The position numbers were made by a program, and so were the translations under genes. The notes below the pieces were generated by a model. The model was not told the DNA's origin and ran no database searches. It saw nothing but the letters and a program-made list of their open reading frames with translations. From assembly GCF_043950625.1 (NCBI RefSeq), contig NZ_CP171007.1: 32,000 bases of DNA; one strand, given 5' to 3'. The DNA comes from Alkanindiges sp. WGS2144. Lineage in GTDB: Bacteria > Pseudomonadota > Gammaproteobacteria > Pseudomonadales > Moraxellaceae. Shown in pieces: positions 1-8,918 of this stretch (position 1 is its first letter; every line of letters starts with the position of its first letter).

Positions 1-641
1 CCTCTGCATATAGCCTAAATACACTACGTCAGCATTATGGGCCGGATTTTCCAATTATTGGGCTGGTACCTGCTGTTAAACCGGCAGTGTTAAAAACCCG
101 AACCGGAGTGGTGGGCGTGCTGGCAACCCCGGGAACCTTGCGCGGCAATTTATTAAAACAGGTGATTGAGCAAGTGGCTGTTCCCGCCCAGGTGCAGGTC
201 ATGACGGTGGTGAGTCCGGCTTTGGTGCCTTTTGTTGAACAGGGGCAGCAGGACAGTAAGCAGTGCCGTGGCGAGCTCAAAAGAATACTACAGCCGCTAC
301 AGCAGGCCGGTGCTGACTATCTAGTACTCGGCTGCACCCATTATCCGTTTTTAAAAAACAGTATTTATGCAGAATTTGGCCAGCAATTTACCCTGATTGA
401 TTCTGGACTGGCGGTTGCCAGACAAACAGGGCGGGTACTTGCTGCGCAGGGTCTGGTTTTTCCGACCAGTGGTACAATAACTCATAAGCCTGCGATGCCT
501 TTGCTACAGTGTTTTGTCAGCGGAGATATTGCCGCGGCACAGCCGGTTTTAACTGATTTAAGACAAAAAAATGCGCAGCCGGACGTACAGATACAACAAG
601 CAATTATTGCTGTTGACGCTGCTACTGCCTGTAAGGCTTAA
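1..641 (+). CDS. murI: Glutamate racemase MurI, 5'-truncated by the window edge
   Basis: The frame is open from nt 3. The translation ...GLVPAVKPAVLKTRTGVVGVLATPGTL... and ...DYLVLGCTHYPFL... matches the two conserved MurI active-site regions (PAxKPA, and the second catalytic Cys in GCTHYP). Stop codon at 639-641. Confidence 0.85.
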   Translation, partial: SAYSLNTLRQHYGPDFPIIGLVPAVKPAVLKTRTGVVGVLATPGTLRGNLLKQVIEQVAVPAQVQVMTVVSPALVPFVEQGQQDSKQCRGELKRILQPLQQAGADYLVLGCTHYPFLKNSIYAEFGQQFTLIDSGLAVARQTGRVLAAQGLVFPTSGTITHKPAMPLLQCFVSGDIAAAQPVLTDLRQKNAQPDVQIQQAIIAVDAATACKA

Positions 642-778
642 CCCCTGAGTACTCAAAGTTCAGTTGCATCCGTCAAGCATGAGCGCTAGACTGCAAAAAA
701 ATAAAAAAGTAGTGTAATAAATAGTCTAGTTATACCGTTTTTGAAACGAATATGACTATTTTTGCCTACAGGTGCGCT

Positions 779-802
779 ATAATGTGAGTTGGTTCACATT
801 AT
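779..802. promoter_or_regulatory. Perfect palindrome ATAATGTGA-N6-TCACATTAT, a CRP/Vfr-type (TGTGA-N6-TCACA) operator candidate
   Basis: Read directly: ataatgtgagttggttcacattat has 9-bp arms that are exact reverse complements around a 6-nt spacer. The core equals the CRP-family half-sites. It overlaps a TATAAT hexamer (778-783). Its centre lies ~41 nt upstream of ATG 832. Confidence 0.5.
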
Positions 803-831
803 TTTGTATTCAAGGATGATCGACCAAGGGC

Positions 832-1845
832 ATGTTTATGATTGACAAACGCTACCATGTATTTATCTGCACGTCAGGCGCAGATATGCACGCAGAACGT
901 GTGGTGCTGTCGCAGGCGCTGGTCAGTCAGGGATTTTTTTCCTGGGGCCTGGAGCAAAGAACCCCGCTTACTACGGCTTTTGCCCGCCGGCAAATTGATG
1001 ACTGTGATTATTTTGTGCTGTTATTGGGCGGGTGCTACGGAGAGCTATCGGCCTCTGGTGTAAGTTATATGCATCTGGAATATATCTATGCAGTGACCAA
1101 GCGTAAGCCGATTCTGGTGCTGATGCATGAGGCACCTGAAAGCAGGCCAGCAGAGTTACAGGAAAAAACTAGCGAAGCCAGATCAAAATTTAATGATTTT
1201 CGCCAGCAGTTACAGCGTGAGCGCGAAGTGGTGGTGAGCTACCGCAATATGCGTGATCTGGAAATGGCGGTACGCCGTGCCATGCCCATGATGATCGAGC
1301 GTTCGCCAACAGCAGGCTGGATTCGTCCGCAGGATACGCAAAAATTACAGGATGAAATTGATCAGTTGCGTCAGAAAATTGCCCAGCTTGAGCATAATCC
1401 GTCAGTAAGCCAAAAAGAATCCGTGCTGAGCATGCCCAAAGTTCATCCCGAAGATGAATTTGCCTTTGACTATAAAGTACATGCCTACCAGGATGGTAAC
1501 TTTAAAGAACTGCGTCCGCAGCGCAAGATGAAGTGGGCTGAGATTCTGGCAGTGCTAGGGCCCGGTTTTAGTCCGGCTGCCCCTGAGGAAAATTTTGCCC
1601 GGGTGATGAATGAATACCTGAATCAGACGTCGCTGACTGATGTACGTGAGGTGATGCCACGAGCCCATGCCACGGCACGTAGCCAGATTAATGTGCGCGC
1701 CCTGCACAGTATAAAAATGCAGCTTAAGCATAACCAGTGGATTATTCCCGCCGGGCGCGATATGCGTCAGCGTCTGCTGTGGGAACTTACGCCAAAAGCG
1801 GAACAAATTCTGATGCATACCAGTCGGGACAAAAAAGCCATCTAG
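832..1845 (+). CDS. DUF4062 (TIR-like / nucleoside deoxyribosyltransferase-like) domain protein with a coiled-coil linker and an uncharacterised C-terminal domain
   Basis: 337-aa ORF. Residues ~8-100 (YHVFICTSGADMHAERVVLSQAL...IDDCDYFVLLLGGCYGE...GVSYMHLEYIYAVTKRKPILVLMHE) follow the DUF4062 pattern: hhISS..D...ER, CD.ah.hhG.RYG, S(Y/F)TE.EY.hA, kP.L.F. The centre has a heptad-like stretch, QKLQDEIDQLRQKIAQLE. The last ~130 aa carry no motif I recognise. The alternative start ATG 838 has the better SD (AAGGG 826-830). Confidence 0.7.
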   Translation: MFMIDKRYHVFICTSGADMHAERVVLSQALVSQGFFSWGLEQRTPLTTAFARRQIDDCDYFVLLLGGCYGELSASGVSYMHLEYIYAVTKRKPILVLMHEAPESRPAELQEKTSEARSKFNDFRQQLQREREVVVSYRNMRDLEMAVRRAMPMMIERSPTAGWIRPQDTQKLQDEIDQLRQKIAQLEHNPSVSQKESVLSMPKVHPEDEFAFDYKVHAYQDGNFKELRPQRKMKWAEILAVLGPGFSPAAPEENFARVMNEYLNQTSLTDVREVMPRAHATARSQINVRALHSIKMQLKHNQWIIPAGRDMRQRLLWELTPKAEQILMHTSRDKKAI

Positions 1846-2005
1846 TCGCTCTGGTTTCCACGCAGGCGGCTTTTACCATCTTATGCGCTGGATACAACAA
1901 AAATAATTCCAGAGACTATACCGGTTTGATCTAGACGCATAAGGCTTTGTGTTTTTTAGTCAGTCTTGTTAAGTTGTGCTGAGCTTTTTGATATTTAGAC
2001 TTTTC

Positions 2006-3043
2006 ATGCCTGCTTCACGCTCCAAGCCGCGTATTGCGGTTATTCTTATGAATCTGGGCACGCCCGATCAGCCTACACCTGCTGCGGTACGTCGCTATTT
2101 ACGCCAGTTCCTGTCTGATTCACGGGTTATTGAAATTCCCAAATTGCTGTGGCTACTGATTTTAAATCTGCTGGTGCTACCATTTCGTCCTAAAAGAGTT
2201 GCCAAAGCTTACGCCAGCATCTGGCAGGATGGTGATTCACCCATGCGGCTAATTTTGCAACAGCAGACCCGCTTGCTGGAGCAGCATTTACAGCCTTTGT
2301 ATCCGCAGGCCGAGCTGAGCGTCCATGCAGCCATGACCTATGGTAATCCTGCCACGGCAACAGTTCTGGATCGGTTACAGCAACAGCAGGTTGAGCATAT
2401 GATTGTGTTGCCTTTATTTCCACAGTATTCGGCCACTTCAACCGGGGCGGCTTTTGATGCAGTCACCCACTGGATGCAGCGGCGGCGTGATTTGCCTTCA
2501 ATCTGCCTGATTAAGGACTATTATCAGCATCCGCTGTTTATTGAAGCGCTGGCACAGCAGGTACGGAACTACCAAAACCGGCATGGTCAGGCTGAAAAAC
2601 TGTTGTTGTCCTTTCATGGGATACCACAACCTTATGCTGATAAGGGTGATCCGTATGCCGTACGTTGCGATGTGACCGCCAGATTGCTGGCAGACGCTTT
2701 ACAGCTTAAGCCGGAACAATGGGCAATAAGCTTCCAGTCGCGTTTTGGCCGGCAGGAGTGGGTCAAACCCTATACCAGCGAACTACTGGCACAATGGGCA
2801 CAGCAAGGAGTTAACAGTGTTCAGGTAATGAGTCCGGCTTTTTCAGCGGACTGCCTGGAAACCCTGGAGGAGCTGGCGATTGAAAACCGCGATATTTTCC
2901 TGCAAGCCGGTGGTCAGCACTATGCTTATATTCCGGCGTTAAATACCGAGCCCTTGCATATTGAGTTATTTGCCGCATTAACCAAGCCATTGATTGATGG
3001 CTTTTTAGCAGCAGCTTATCCTGCCGCAGAGGCATGTGTTTAG
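2006..3043 (+). CDS. hemH: Ferrochelatase
   Basis: [13 protein letters not shown]..., [24 protein letters not shown] and a length of ~345 aa are typical of HemH. I chose ATG 2006 ([12 protein letters not shown]) rather than the upstream GTG/TTG-type ORF start at 1976. Confidence 0.9.
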   Translation: MPASRSKPRIAVILMNLGTPDQPTPAAVRRYLRQFLSDSRVIEIPKLLWLLILNLLVLPFRPKRVAKAYASIWQDGDSPMRLILQQQTRLLEQHLQPLYPQAELSVHAAMTYGNPATATVLDRLQQQQVEHMIVLPLFPQYSATSTGAAFDAVTHWMQRRRDLPSICLIKDYYQHPLFIEALAQQVRNYQNRHGQAEKLLLSFHGIPQPYADKGDPYAVRCDVTARLLADALQLKPEQWAISFQSRFGRQEWVKPYTSELLAQWAQQGVNSVQVMSPAFSADCLETLEELAIENRDIFLQAGGQHYAYIPALNTEPLHIELFAALTKPLIDGFLAAAYPAAEACV

Positions 3044-3067
3044 ATTTTCGGAATATTGAGGCCAGTG

Positions 3068-3712
3068 ATGTTGCAGTATCAGATTATTCCCGTTACCCCT
3101 TTTGCCCAGAATTGTACATTGCTTTGGGATGATGACAGCGGTGCTGCCGTGTTGATTGACGCGGGTGGTGAGGCAGGGCGTTTAAAACAGGCCATTGATC
3201 AGAAGGGGTTAAAGCTGGTTGCGCTGTGGCTCACCCATGGGCACCTGGATCATGCCGGGGCGGTTGGTGAGCTGGCACAGTTTTATCAGGTGCCGGTGAT
3301 TGGGCCGCATAAGGAAGATGCTTTCTGGTTAAATGCACTGGAGCAGCAATCGCAAATGTTTGGCTTTCCAAAGCCGCAGCCGGTGGTGGTTCATCAGTGG
3401 CTAGAGGGTGGTGAAACCCTGTATCTGGGCAGCTATCCTATTGAGGTGCGTTTTGCACCCGGCCATACTCCTGGACATGTGGTGTTATACAGTAAGGATT
3501 TAAATCTGGTCTGGACGGGTGATGTTCTGTTTGCCGGTTCCATTGGCCGTACTGATTTTCCGCGGGGCAATCATCAGCAGTTGATCGAATCCATTCAGCG
3601 CGAATTGTTTAGCCTGCCGGATGATACCCGCTTTATTGCAGGTCATGGTCCCATGAGTACTATTGGTGAGGAAAGACGCACTAATCCCTTTGTGGCAGGG
3701 CGTGCTGGCTAG
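3068..3712 (+). CDS. MBL-fold metallo-hydrolase (YcbL/GloB-like)
   Basis: HxHxDH motif THGHLDHAG, a later GHTPGH, and GDVLFAGSIGRTDFP. ATG 3068 is preceded by GAGG (3058-3061). The gene starts 25 nt after the hemH stop, so they are probably co-transcribed. Confidence 0.85.
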   Translation: MLQYQIIPVTPFAQNCTLLWDDDSGAAVLIDAGGEAGRLKQAIDQKGLKLVALWLTHGHLDHAGAVGELAQFYQVPVIGPHKEDAFWLNALEQQSQMFGFPKPQPVVVHQWLEGGETLYLGSYPIEVRFAPGHTPGHVVLYSKDLNLVWTGDVLFAGSIGRTDFPRGNHQQLIESIQRELFSLPDDTRFIAGHGPMSTIGEERRTNPFVAGRAG

Positions 3713-3871
3713 TTAAATACTAGGACTGTCCTTGTAAACAGCATGTAAGCAAATATATTTTTAGACGGCAGGTATTTTTGTGAATTGTGTATAGCACTGG
3801 TGTTGGAAGTAAAAACACGTAATCTACAGCCATTAAAAAAGTTTTTACAACGATATTGCTGGAGCAGATAC

Positions 3872-4276
3872 ATGAAAAAGCGTTTACTGATGATAGTGGG
3901 TGCAGCGACTTTCGCCTTGGCAGCTTGCCAAACCAATCAGGACATGACAACCAAGGCACCTGTGGTCAAGGATGGCGAAGTTAAGGCGGTTAAGGTCAAA
4001 CCGATCTCCAGCTTTTTAATTGAGGTGTCACCCCGTAAAGCCCTGTGTGACAGTATCAATGGTGGCCAGATTGAATGCCTGCAATATCGCAACCGTTATG
4101 AAAATAACTTTAATCCGCTGAAAACAGATATTGAAGGATTTACTTTTGAACCGGGTTATTCTTACATTCTGGATGTAAGACAGGAAGTGATGCAGGATGC
4201 TGATTCTGGTCAGCTACAAACCAAATGGATACTCAATCAGATCATTTCCAAATCAGTTGCCCCCATGGCTAATTAA
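3872..4276 (+). CDS. Small lipoprotein, DUF4377-like
   Basis: The N-terminus MKKRLLMIVGAATFALAAC has a basic n-region, a hydrophobic core and the lipobox LAAC. The C-terminal part (IECLQYR...IEGFTFEPGYSYILDV) resembles DUF4377 proteins; this is from memory only. Confidence 0.7.
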   Translation: MKKRLLMIVGAATFALAACQTNQDMTTKAPVVKDGEVKAVKVKPISSFLIEVSPRKALCDSINGGQIECLQYRNRYENNFNPLKTDIEGFTFEPGYSYILDVRQEVMQDADSGQLQTKWILNQIISKSVAPMAN

Positions 4277-4330
4277 TTTTTGGCACCTTCATCGAAGGAG
4301 TTTTTCAGGTCAATACAAAGTGCCTGATAT

Positions 4331-4360
4331 AAAAAATCCTGCCAATGTGCAGGATTTTTT
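4331..4360. terminator. Bidirectional rho-independent terminator between the lipoprotein gene (+) and yacG (-)
   Basis: aaaaaatcctgc-caatgt-gcaggatttttt is a perfect 12-nt inverted repeat. The A-run and T-run give a U-tract on either strand. It sits between convergent gene ends (4276 and 4397). Confidence 0.8.
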
Positions 4361-4396
4361 ATACCTGATATCTGAACACTTCTGGCAATAGCGCAT

Positions 4397-4594
4397 CTAG
4401 AAGTCGTCTTCTTCGCCGGGCTGCTGAGTGGGTAAATCGGGGGAGTCCTGAGTGGCAATTTTATAGTCTTCATTGGCCCAGGCGCCCAGATCAATTAATT
4501 TACAACGTTCAGAACAAAATGGACGATACGGATTGTCATGCCATAACGAGGGTTTTTTACAGTACGGGCAGGGAAAAGTAATGGGCTTGTCCAT
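4397..4594 (-). CDS. yacG: DNA gyrase inhibitor YacG (zinc-finger protein)
   Basis: 65 aa. CPYC...[14 protein letters not shown] is the characteristic YacG zinc ribbon plus the DLGxW motif. It has an acidic C-terminal tail. Confidence 0.9.
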   Translation of the reverse strand: MDKPITFPCPYCKKPSLWHDNPYRPFCSERCKLIDLGAWANEDYKIATQDSPDLPTQQPGEEDDF

Positions 4595-4710
4595 AAGAAG
4601 TCACCTTGATGCATTTAAACTGATTTTAGGGCCTTAAGATTTTTTTGCAATGTAGGCGTGGTCTATCAAGTCTTGTTAAACTAGGATTTATTTTTTACAC
4701 AGTTGATATT

Positions 4711-5325
4711 ATGGCTGCCCGACTATTCCAACCGCAATACTTACAGGCACCGCGTAATTTTGTACGCCCATCACTTAAGCCACCGGTTTGCCTGGAAATT
4801 GGTGCTGGAATGGGGCGGCATGCCATTTTGTTTGCTAGCCAGCATCCGCATAAAACCCTGATTGCCATTGAGCGCACTGCTGCCAAATTCAAGGCGTTTG
4901 CAGCACGGATACAGGATCATCATTTGGATAATTTATATGCAATCCATGCTGACGCCATTCCATGGATTGTGCATGCGCTACCGCCGCATAGTGTTGAGCA
5001 AGTTTTTATTTTATATCCCAATCCTGAACCCAAAAATCCGGCACAGCGCTGGCTCAATATGCCGTTTTTTGAGTTTTTATTATCACGCGTGCAGGACAAT
5101 GCCACCATCACGCTGGCCAGCAATATTCCAACTTATCTGGATGAGGCCGAGCAGCAGCTTAAGCAGGTATGGCAGTTGCCTTTTAAGCGGGAAGTGATTG
5201 CACAGGATTCAGCACGTACACATTTTGAGGTGAAATATTTAGCCCGGGGTGAGTCATGTCAGCAACTGGTAATCTCCAGACCGGGGGGTTATCAAACCCG
5301 TTTTGACCAGTATCCTGCATCGTGA
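4711..5325 (+). CDS. SAM-dependent methyltransferase, TrmB (tRNA m7G46)-like family
   Basis: SAM motif I is LEIGAGMGRH. ILYPNPEPKNPAQRW aligns with the TrmB FPDPWxK region but lacks the basic KxRHxKRR stretch, so true TrmB function is uncertain. Start taken at ATG 4711 (MAARLF). Confidence 0.6.
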   Translation: MAARLFQPQYLQAPRNFVRPSLKPPVCLEIGAGMGRHAILFASQHPHKTLIAIERTAAKFKAFAARIQDHHLDNLYAIHADAIPWIVHALPPHSVEQVFILYPNPEPKNPAQRWLNMPFFEFLLSRVQDNATITLASNIPTYLDEAEQQLKQVWQLPFKREVIAQDSARTHFEVKYLARGESCQQLVISRPGGYQTRFDQYPAS

Positions 5326-5337
5326 GCAGTTACTGAT

Positions 5338-6582
5338 ATGCAAGTCGTGTCTTTGCCAGCAGTAGGTCGGAAAAAGCCTAATGGACTGCCAGTGGTAATT
5401 ATTGGGGCTGGGCCGGCTGGATTGATGGCGGCAGAAGTGTTGGCACAGGCTGGTTATCAGGTGCAGGTCTATGAGCAAAAACCCTCGGCTGCCCGTAAAT
5501 TTTTGATGGCTGGTAAAACAGGCTTAAACATCAGTCATGATGAAGATTTTGAGCAGTTTATATTGCGTTATGACCGTGCAGACTGGTTAAAACCAATGCT
5601 GGCACAATTTAAGGCGGCGGATATCCAGCACTGGATGCAAGGGCTGGGCATTGAGTCCTATGTAGGCAGCTCAGGCCGGATTTTTCCACGGGAGATGAAA
5701 GCGGCGCCATTACTGCGGGCATGGTTAAGCCGTTTAAAAGCGCTGGGCGTGCAGTTTTTTTATCGACATCAATGGACTGGCTGGGCGACGCAGCAGCAAC
5801 TCCAGTTTAATGATCCTGATGGCAGCAAGCTGGTAGAGGCGGGAATTATCATTCTGGCAACAGGTGGTGGCAGTTGGGCACGTCTGGGCAGTGATGCTGC
5901 CTGGTTAGCAATGCTGCAAGCTGAACATATTCCTGTTGTGCCATTGCAGCCCTCCAACGCCGGGGTATTGGTTAGCTGGTCAGACTTTATGCAGCCACTG
6001 GCCGGGCAGCCACTAAAGCGGGTTAAAGCCTGGGTAGAATCCGGGCAGATATACCCGGGTGAAGCGGTGATTAGTCATTATGGGCTGGAGGGTGGACTAA
6101 TTTATCGCTTGAACCGCGGCCTGCGCCAGCAGCTTGAACAGCAGGGCAGCGCAACAATCCAGCTGGATTTATTGCCGGATGTGTCTATGGATACGCTTAT
6201 CCAGAAGTTACAGCCGTCTACAAAGCAATCGCTAAATACCTTATGGCGTAAAGCCGGGCTGGACGCGATCAAGGCGGCACTGATTCGTGAGTTTTTACCC
6301 AAGGCCTGCTGGCAAAATGCTGAACAGGTGAGTCGGACAATCAAGAGCTTATCTATACCGGTTACCGGTTTTCGGCCTATAGATGAGGCCATTAGTACCA
6401 CTGGCGGTGTGAGTATTGCTGCGCTGGATAAAAACCTGATGCTCACGCAAAAACCGGGTGTGTTTTGTTGTGGGGAAATGCTGGACTGGGATGCACCAAC
6501 GGGAGGTTATTTGCTTACAGCCTGTCTGGCAACTGGAAGGCAGGCAGCGCTGGGCGTAATGGATTGGCTGCAACACCAGTAA
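5338..6582 (+). CDS. NAD(P)/FAD-dependent oxidoreductase, HI0933/BaiN-like flavoprotein family
   Basis: N-terminal dinucleotide fold VVIIGAGPAGLMAAEVL. C-terminal GVFCCGEMLDWDAPTGGYLL is typical of this family. It starts 12 nt after the preceding gene. Confidence 0.8.
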   Translation: MQVVSLPAVGRKKPNGLPVVIIGAGPAGLMAAEVLAQAGYQVQVYEQKPSAARKFLMAGKTGLNISHDEDFEQFILRYDRADWLKPMLAQFKAADIQHWMQGLGIESYVGSSGRIFPREMKAAPLLRAWLSRLKALGVQFFYRHQWTGWATQQQLQFNDPDGSKLVEAGIIILATGGGSWARLGSDAAWLAMLQAEHIPVVPLQPSNAGVLVSWSDFMQPLAGQPLKRVKAWVESGQIYPGEAVISHYGLEGGLIYRLNRGLRQQLEQQGSATIQLDLLPDVSMDTLIQKLQPSTKQSLNTLWRKAGLDAIKAALIREFLPKACWQNAEQVSRTIKSLSIPVTGFRPIDEAISTTGGVSIAALDKNLMLTQKPGVFCCGEMLDWDAPTGGYLLTACLATGRQAALGVMDWLQHQ

Positions 6583-6752
6583 AACACCAGCAGCGCGATG
6601 CCGCTGGCCGGTTATATATAAAAGCTATTACTGTTTAGAGGCTTGTGTCTGGTTACTGGTTTTTTCAGCGAGTTCGCCATCGCGTTCTCCCTCGGGCTTT
6701 GAGTCTGGTGAACCATGACCATCTGTTAAACTGCTATTGATTTGTTGATTGT

Positions 6753-7814
6753 CTATTCTTGCAGTGTTGTCCTGACTTCCTGTTGCCGGCTTGTCAGGCT
6801 GCTTGAGGTATTTTGTTCATCAATAAATTCAGCCGGGTTATTAGCCATATGTTCTGCATTTTGTTCAGCAATTTCTGAGGCACTGGCTGTTCCTTGTCCA
6901 CTGGCCTGCTCAGTATCCGGCTGGCTTTGGATAGAGGATGAGGAGTCTTGCTGACTAGCACCTGTCTGATCGGGTGGGGCAGTATCAACAATAGGGTCAA
7001 CTGCCGCTGAGTCAGCAGTAGTTGGCTCAGTAGCACTTGGCTCAACCGGAGCAGCGGTATGCTCAGAAACACTGTCATTATCCTGATAGTAGGTGGTTTC
7101 TGTAGCCAGGCTACCTGAAGAGCCAGGCGCAGGTGGAATCACATTCTGGTTGGCTGCCTCGGCAGCGGCCATGGCTTGCTCAGCTTTTTGTTCCAGCTTT
7201 TCTTCATCCAGTTGGTTTGTTACCTGACTGTCTGCTGTGGAATTGCTGCCGGATTTTTCGTCTATACTGCCATCAGCATCTTTGGGAGCAGTTGGTTCAG
7301 TCAGGTTCTGGGTATTTTCAACCAGTTCAGCACTGGATGGGTTGAGGATTGGAGTAGCGCCGGGCTGGTTTGGAAAAGGCTCGGTATTGTCTGGTTTCAG
7401 GGCTGTTTCTGCAAATTCACTACCGCCACCGGCATACAGTTCGGCTGCCTTCTGGTTAATTTCATCAATATTGGGTTTTGGGCTAAGTGCCTGCCCATCA
7501 AAATGAACGCCTGCCCAGCCATGATGCATAAACTGGCGGATATTCTGGTGGTCAGTGCCATCTGGATTGTCACGCACGGCCTGATAGTGTTCCGCAAACA
7601 GGGCAAGAGTATCCAGCGGGTTAAAGTGATTCAGCTGGGCAAAAGAAAACACCTTGCAACTGCCCTGATTTTCGCTGGCAGCATTATTTTGCTCGCCATT
7701 GGTAAAGGCGGTTGGTTCAAAATCGTAGCGTGCCTCGATAAATTGAAGCACTTGTTGAAAATTAATTTTATGCTGTGCCAGCGCATTTAATAAAGCCGAA
7801 TTGGGTGCATACAT
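6753..7814 (-). CDS. HopJ-family (type III effector HopPmaJ-like) domain protein with a long acidic low-complexity C-terminal extension
   Basis: Residues 1-~113 (INFQQVLQFIEARYDFEPTAFTNGEQNNAASENQGSCKVFSFAQL...DHQNIRQFMHHGWAGVHFDGQAL) match the HopJ family pattern. Residues ~115-353 are rich in S/T/P/Q/A/D/E with very few K/R. Confidence 0.8.
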   Translation of the reverse strand: MYAPNSALLNALAQHKINFQQVLQFIEARYDFEPTAFTNGEQNNAASENQGSCKVFSFAQLNHFNPLDTLALFAEHYQAVRDNPDGTDHQNIRQFMHHGWAGVHFDGQALSPKPNIDEINQKAAELYAGGGSEFAETALKPDNTEPFPNQPGATPILNPSSAELVENTQNLTEPTAPKDADGSIDEKSGSNSTADSQVTNQLDEEKLEQKAEQAMAAAEAANQNVIPPAPGSSGSLATETTYYQDNDSVSEHTAAPVEPSATEPTTADSAAVDPIVDTAPPDQTGASQQDSSSSIQSQPDTEQASGQGTASASEIAEQNAEHMANNPAEFIDEQNTSSSLTSRQQEVRTTLQE

Positions 7815-8083
7815 CGGTTCTTCTCCTGAAATTACTTGTCATTACTATCGTCGAAAACAGTTAAACTCTTTCACTATCAAAGCGCAAAAGCCCAATAAAG
7901 TGTGTATTTGATTTGCAAAACATTTTTACATTAAAGCATTCTTGTACCTAGAGGCAGCACGTGAGTCTGATGATCGTAGCAAGATACAGCGCCCTTACAA
8001 TAATACTGCTGTTGCAATATCTGCCTGCATTTATGATGGTGGAAACTGGACGAATACCAGAAAATAAAATGGAGCAGTAAATA

Positions 8084-8881
8084 ATGCGTCACTTAATTGC
8101 AGGCGGGCAATCATCAGCCAATACACTGCCAAATATATTAATCACCGGTGCATCCAGCGGTATTGGGGAAGCACTGGCATGGGCAGCGGCCAAACGGGGA
8201 ATGAATCTGGCACTGGTAGCAAGGCGGCTGGAGCGACTGGAAAATCTGGCAGAAAGAATCCGGGAAAAACATCAGGTTCAGGTTGAGGTGGCGGCACTGG
8301 ATATTTGTGACAGCGAAAAAATTGCGCCGGTATTTATGGGTTTTAGTGAGTTATTGGGGCAGATAGATATTGTGGTGGCCAACGCTGGTATTTTAAAAAA
8401 CCGCCGTGCCGGTGATGGTCGAATTGAGCGGGATGCCCAGGTATTTCAAACCAATGTCATGGGCACCATTGCTACCAGTGAAGCCGCAATTGCCATGTTC
8501 AGGGGACAGGCGACAGGCGGGCAGCTTGGGGTTATTTCTTCTTATTCTGCGTTTATACCCTTGCCAAGTGGTGCTGCATATTCAGCCAGTAAAGCAGCGG
8601 TAAGCAGCTATTTTAATGCTATCCGGATGCCGCTCATGCGTGAAAATATTGGCATTAGTATTATTTATCCGGGTTTTGTCAGTACCGATTTATTGCAGGG
8701 GTTTAATTCGCACGGCCTGCCGATTATTGCCAAGGCCAGCAATGTGGCTGAGGAGATTCTGACGGCAATTCTGGCACGTAAAAAAACTGCGATTGTGCCC
8801 AAACTGCCTTGGGGGGTGTTGCACCAGATTCAGCGCTTAACTCCGGGTTCAGTCATTAGCGCCCTACAAAGATATTTATAA
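8084..8881 (+). CDS. Short-chain dehydrogenase/reductase (SDR) family oxidoreductase
   Basis: Cofactor motif ITGASSGIGEALA (TGxxxGxG) and catalytic YSASKAA (YxxxK). GGAG lies 9 nt upstream of ATG 8084. Confidence 0.9.
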   Translation: MRHLIAGGQSSANTLPNILITGASSGIGEALAWAAAKRGMNLALVARRLERLENLAERIREKHQVQVEVAALDICDSEKIAPVFMGFSELLGQIDIVVANAGILKNRRAGDGRIERDAQVFQTNVMGTIATSEAAIAMFRGQATGGQLGVISSYSAFIPLPSGAAYSASKAAVSSYFNAIRMPLMRENIGISIIYPGFVSTDLLQGFNSHGLPIIAKASNVAEEILTAILARKKTAIVPKLPWGVLHQIQRLTPGSVISALQRYL

Positions 8882-8899
8882 TCCCGTAATACGGCTCAA

Positions 8900-8918
8900 C
8901 CAGCGCCACTCGCGCTGG
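8900..8918 (+). terminator. GC-rich hairpin after the SDR gene (possible terminator, no clear U-tract)
   Basis: ccagcgc-cactc-gcgctgg is a perfect 7-bp stem with a 5-nt loop, starting 19 nt after the SDR stop. It is followed by gcaaaaactttt rather than an immediate T-run. Confidence 0.3.

Noticed and set aside
7176-7790. A 204-aa plus-strand ORF overlapping the HopJ-like gene.
   Set aside because: The minus-strand frame carries a clear HopJ-family domain. The plus-strand translation is Cys/Phe/Leu/Trp-rich nonsense produced by the low-complexity GA/CT-rich tail region.
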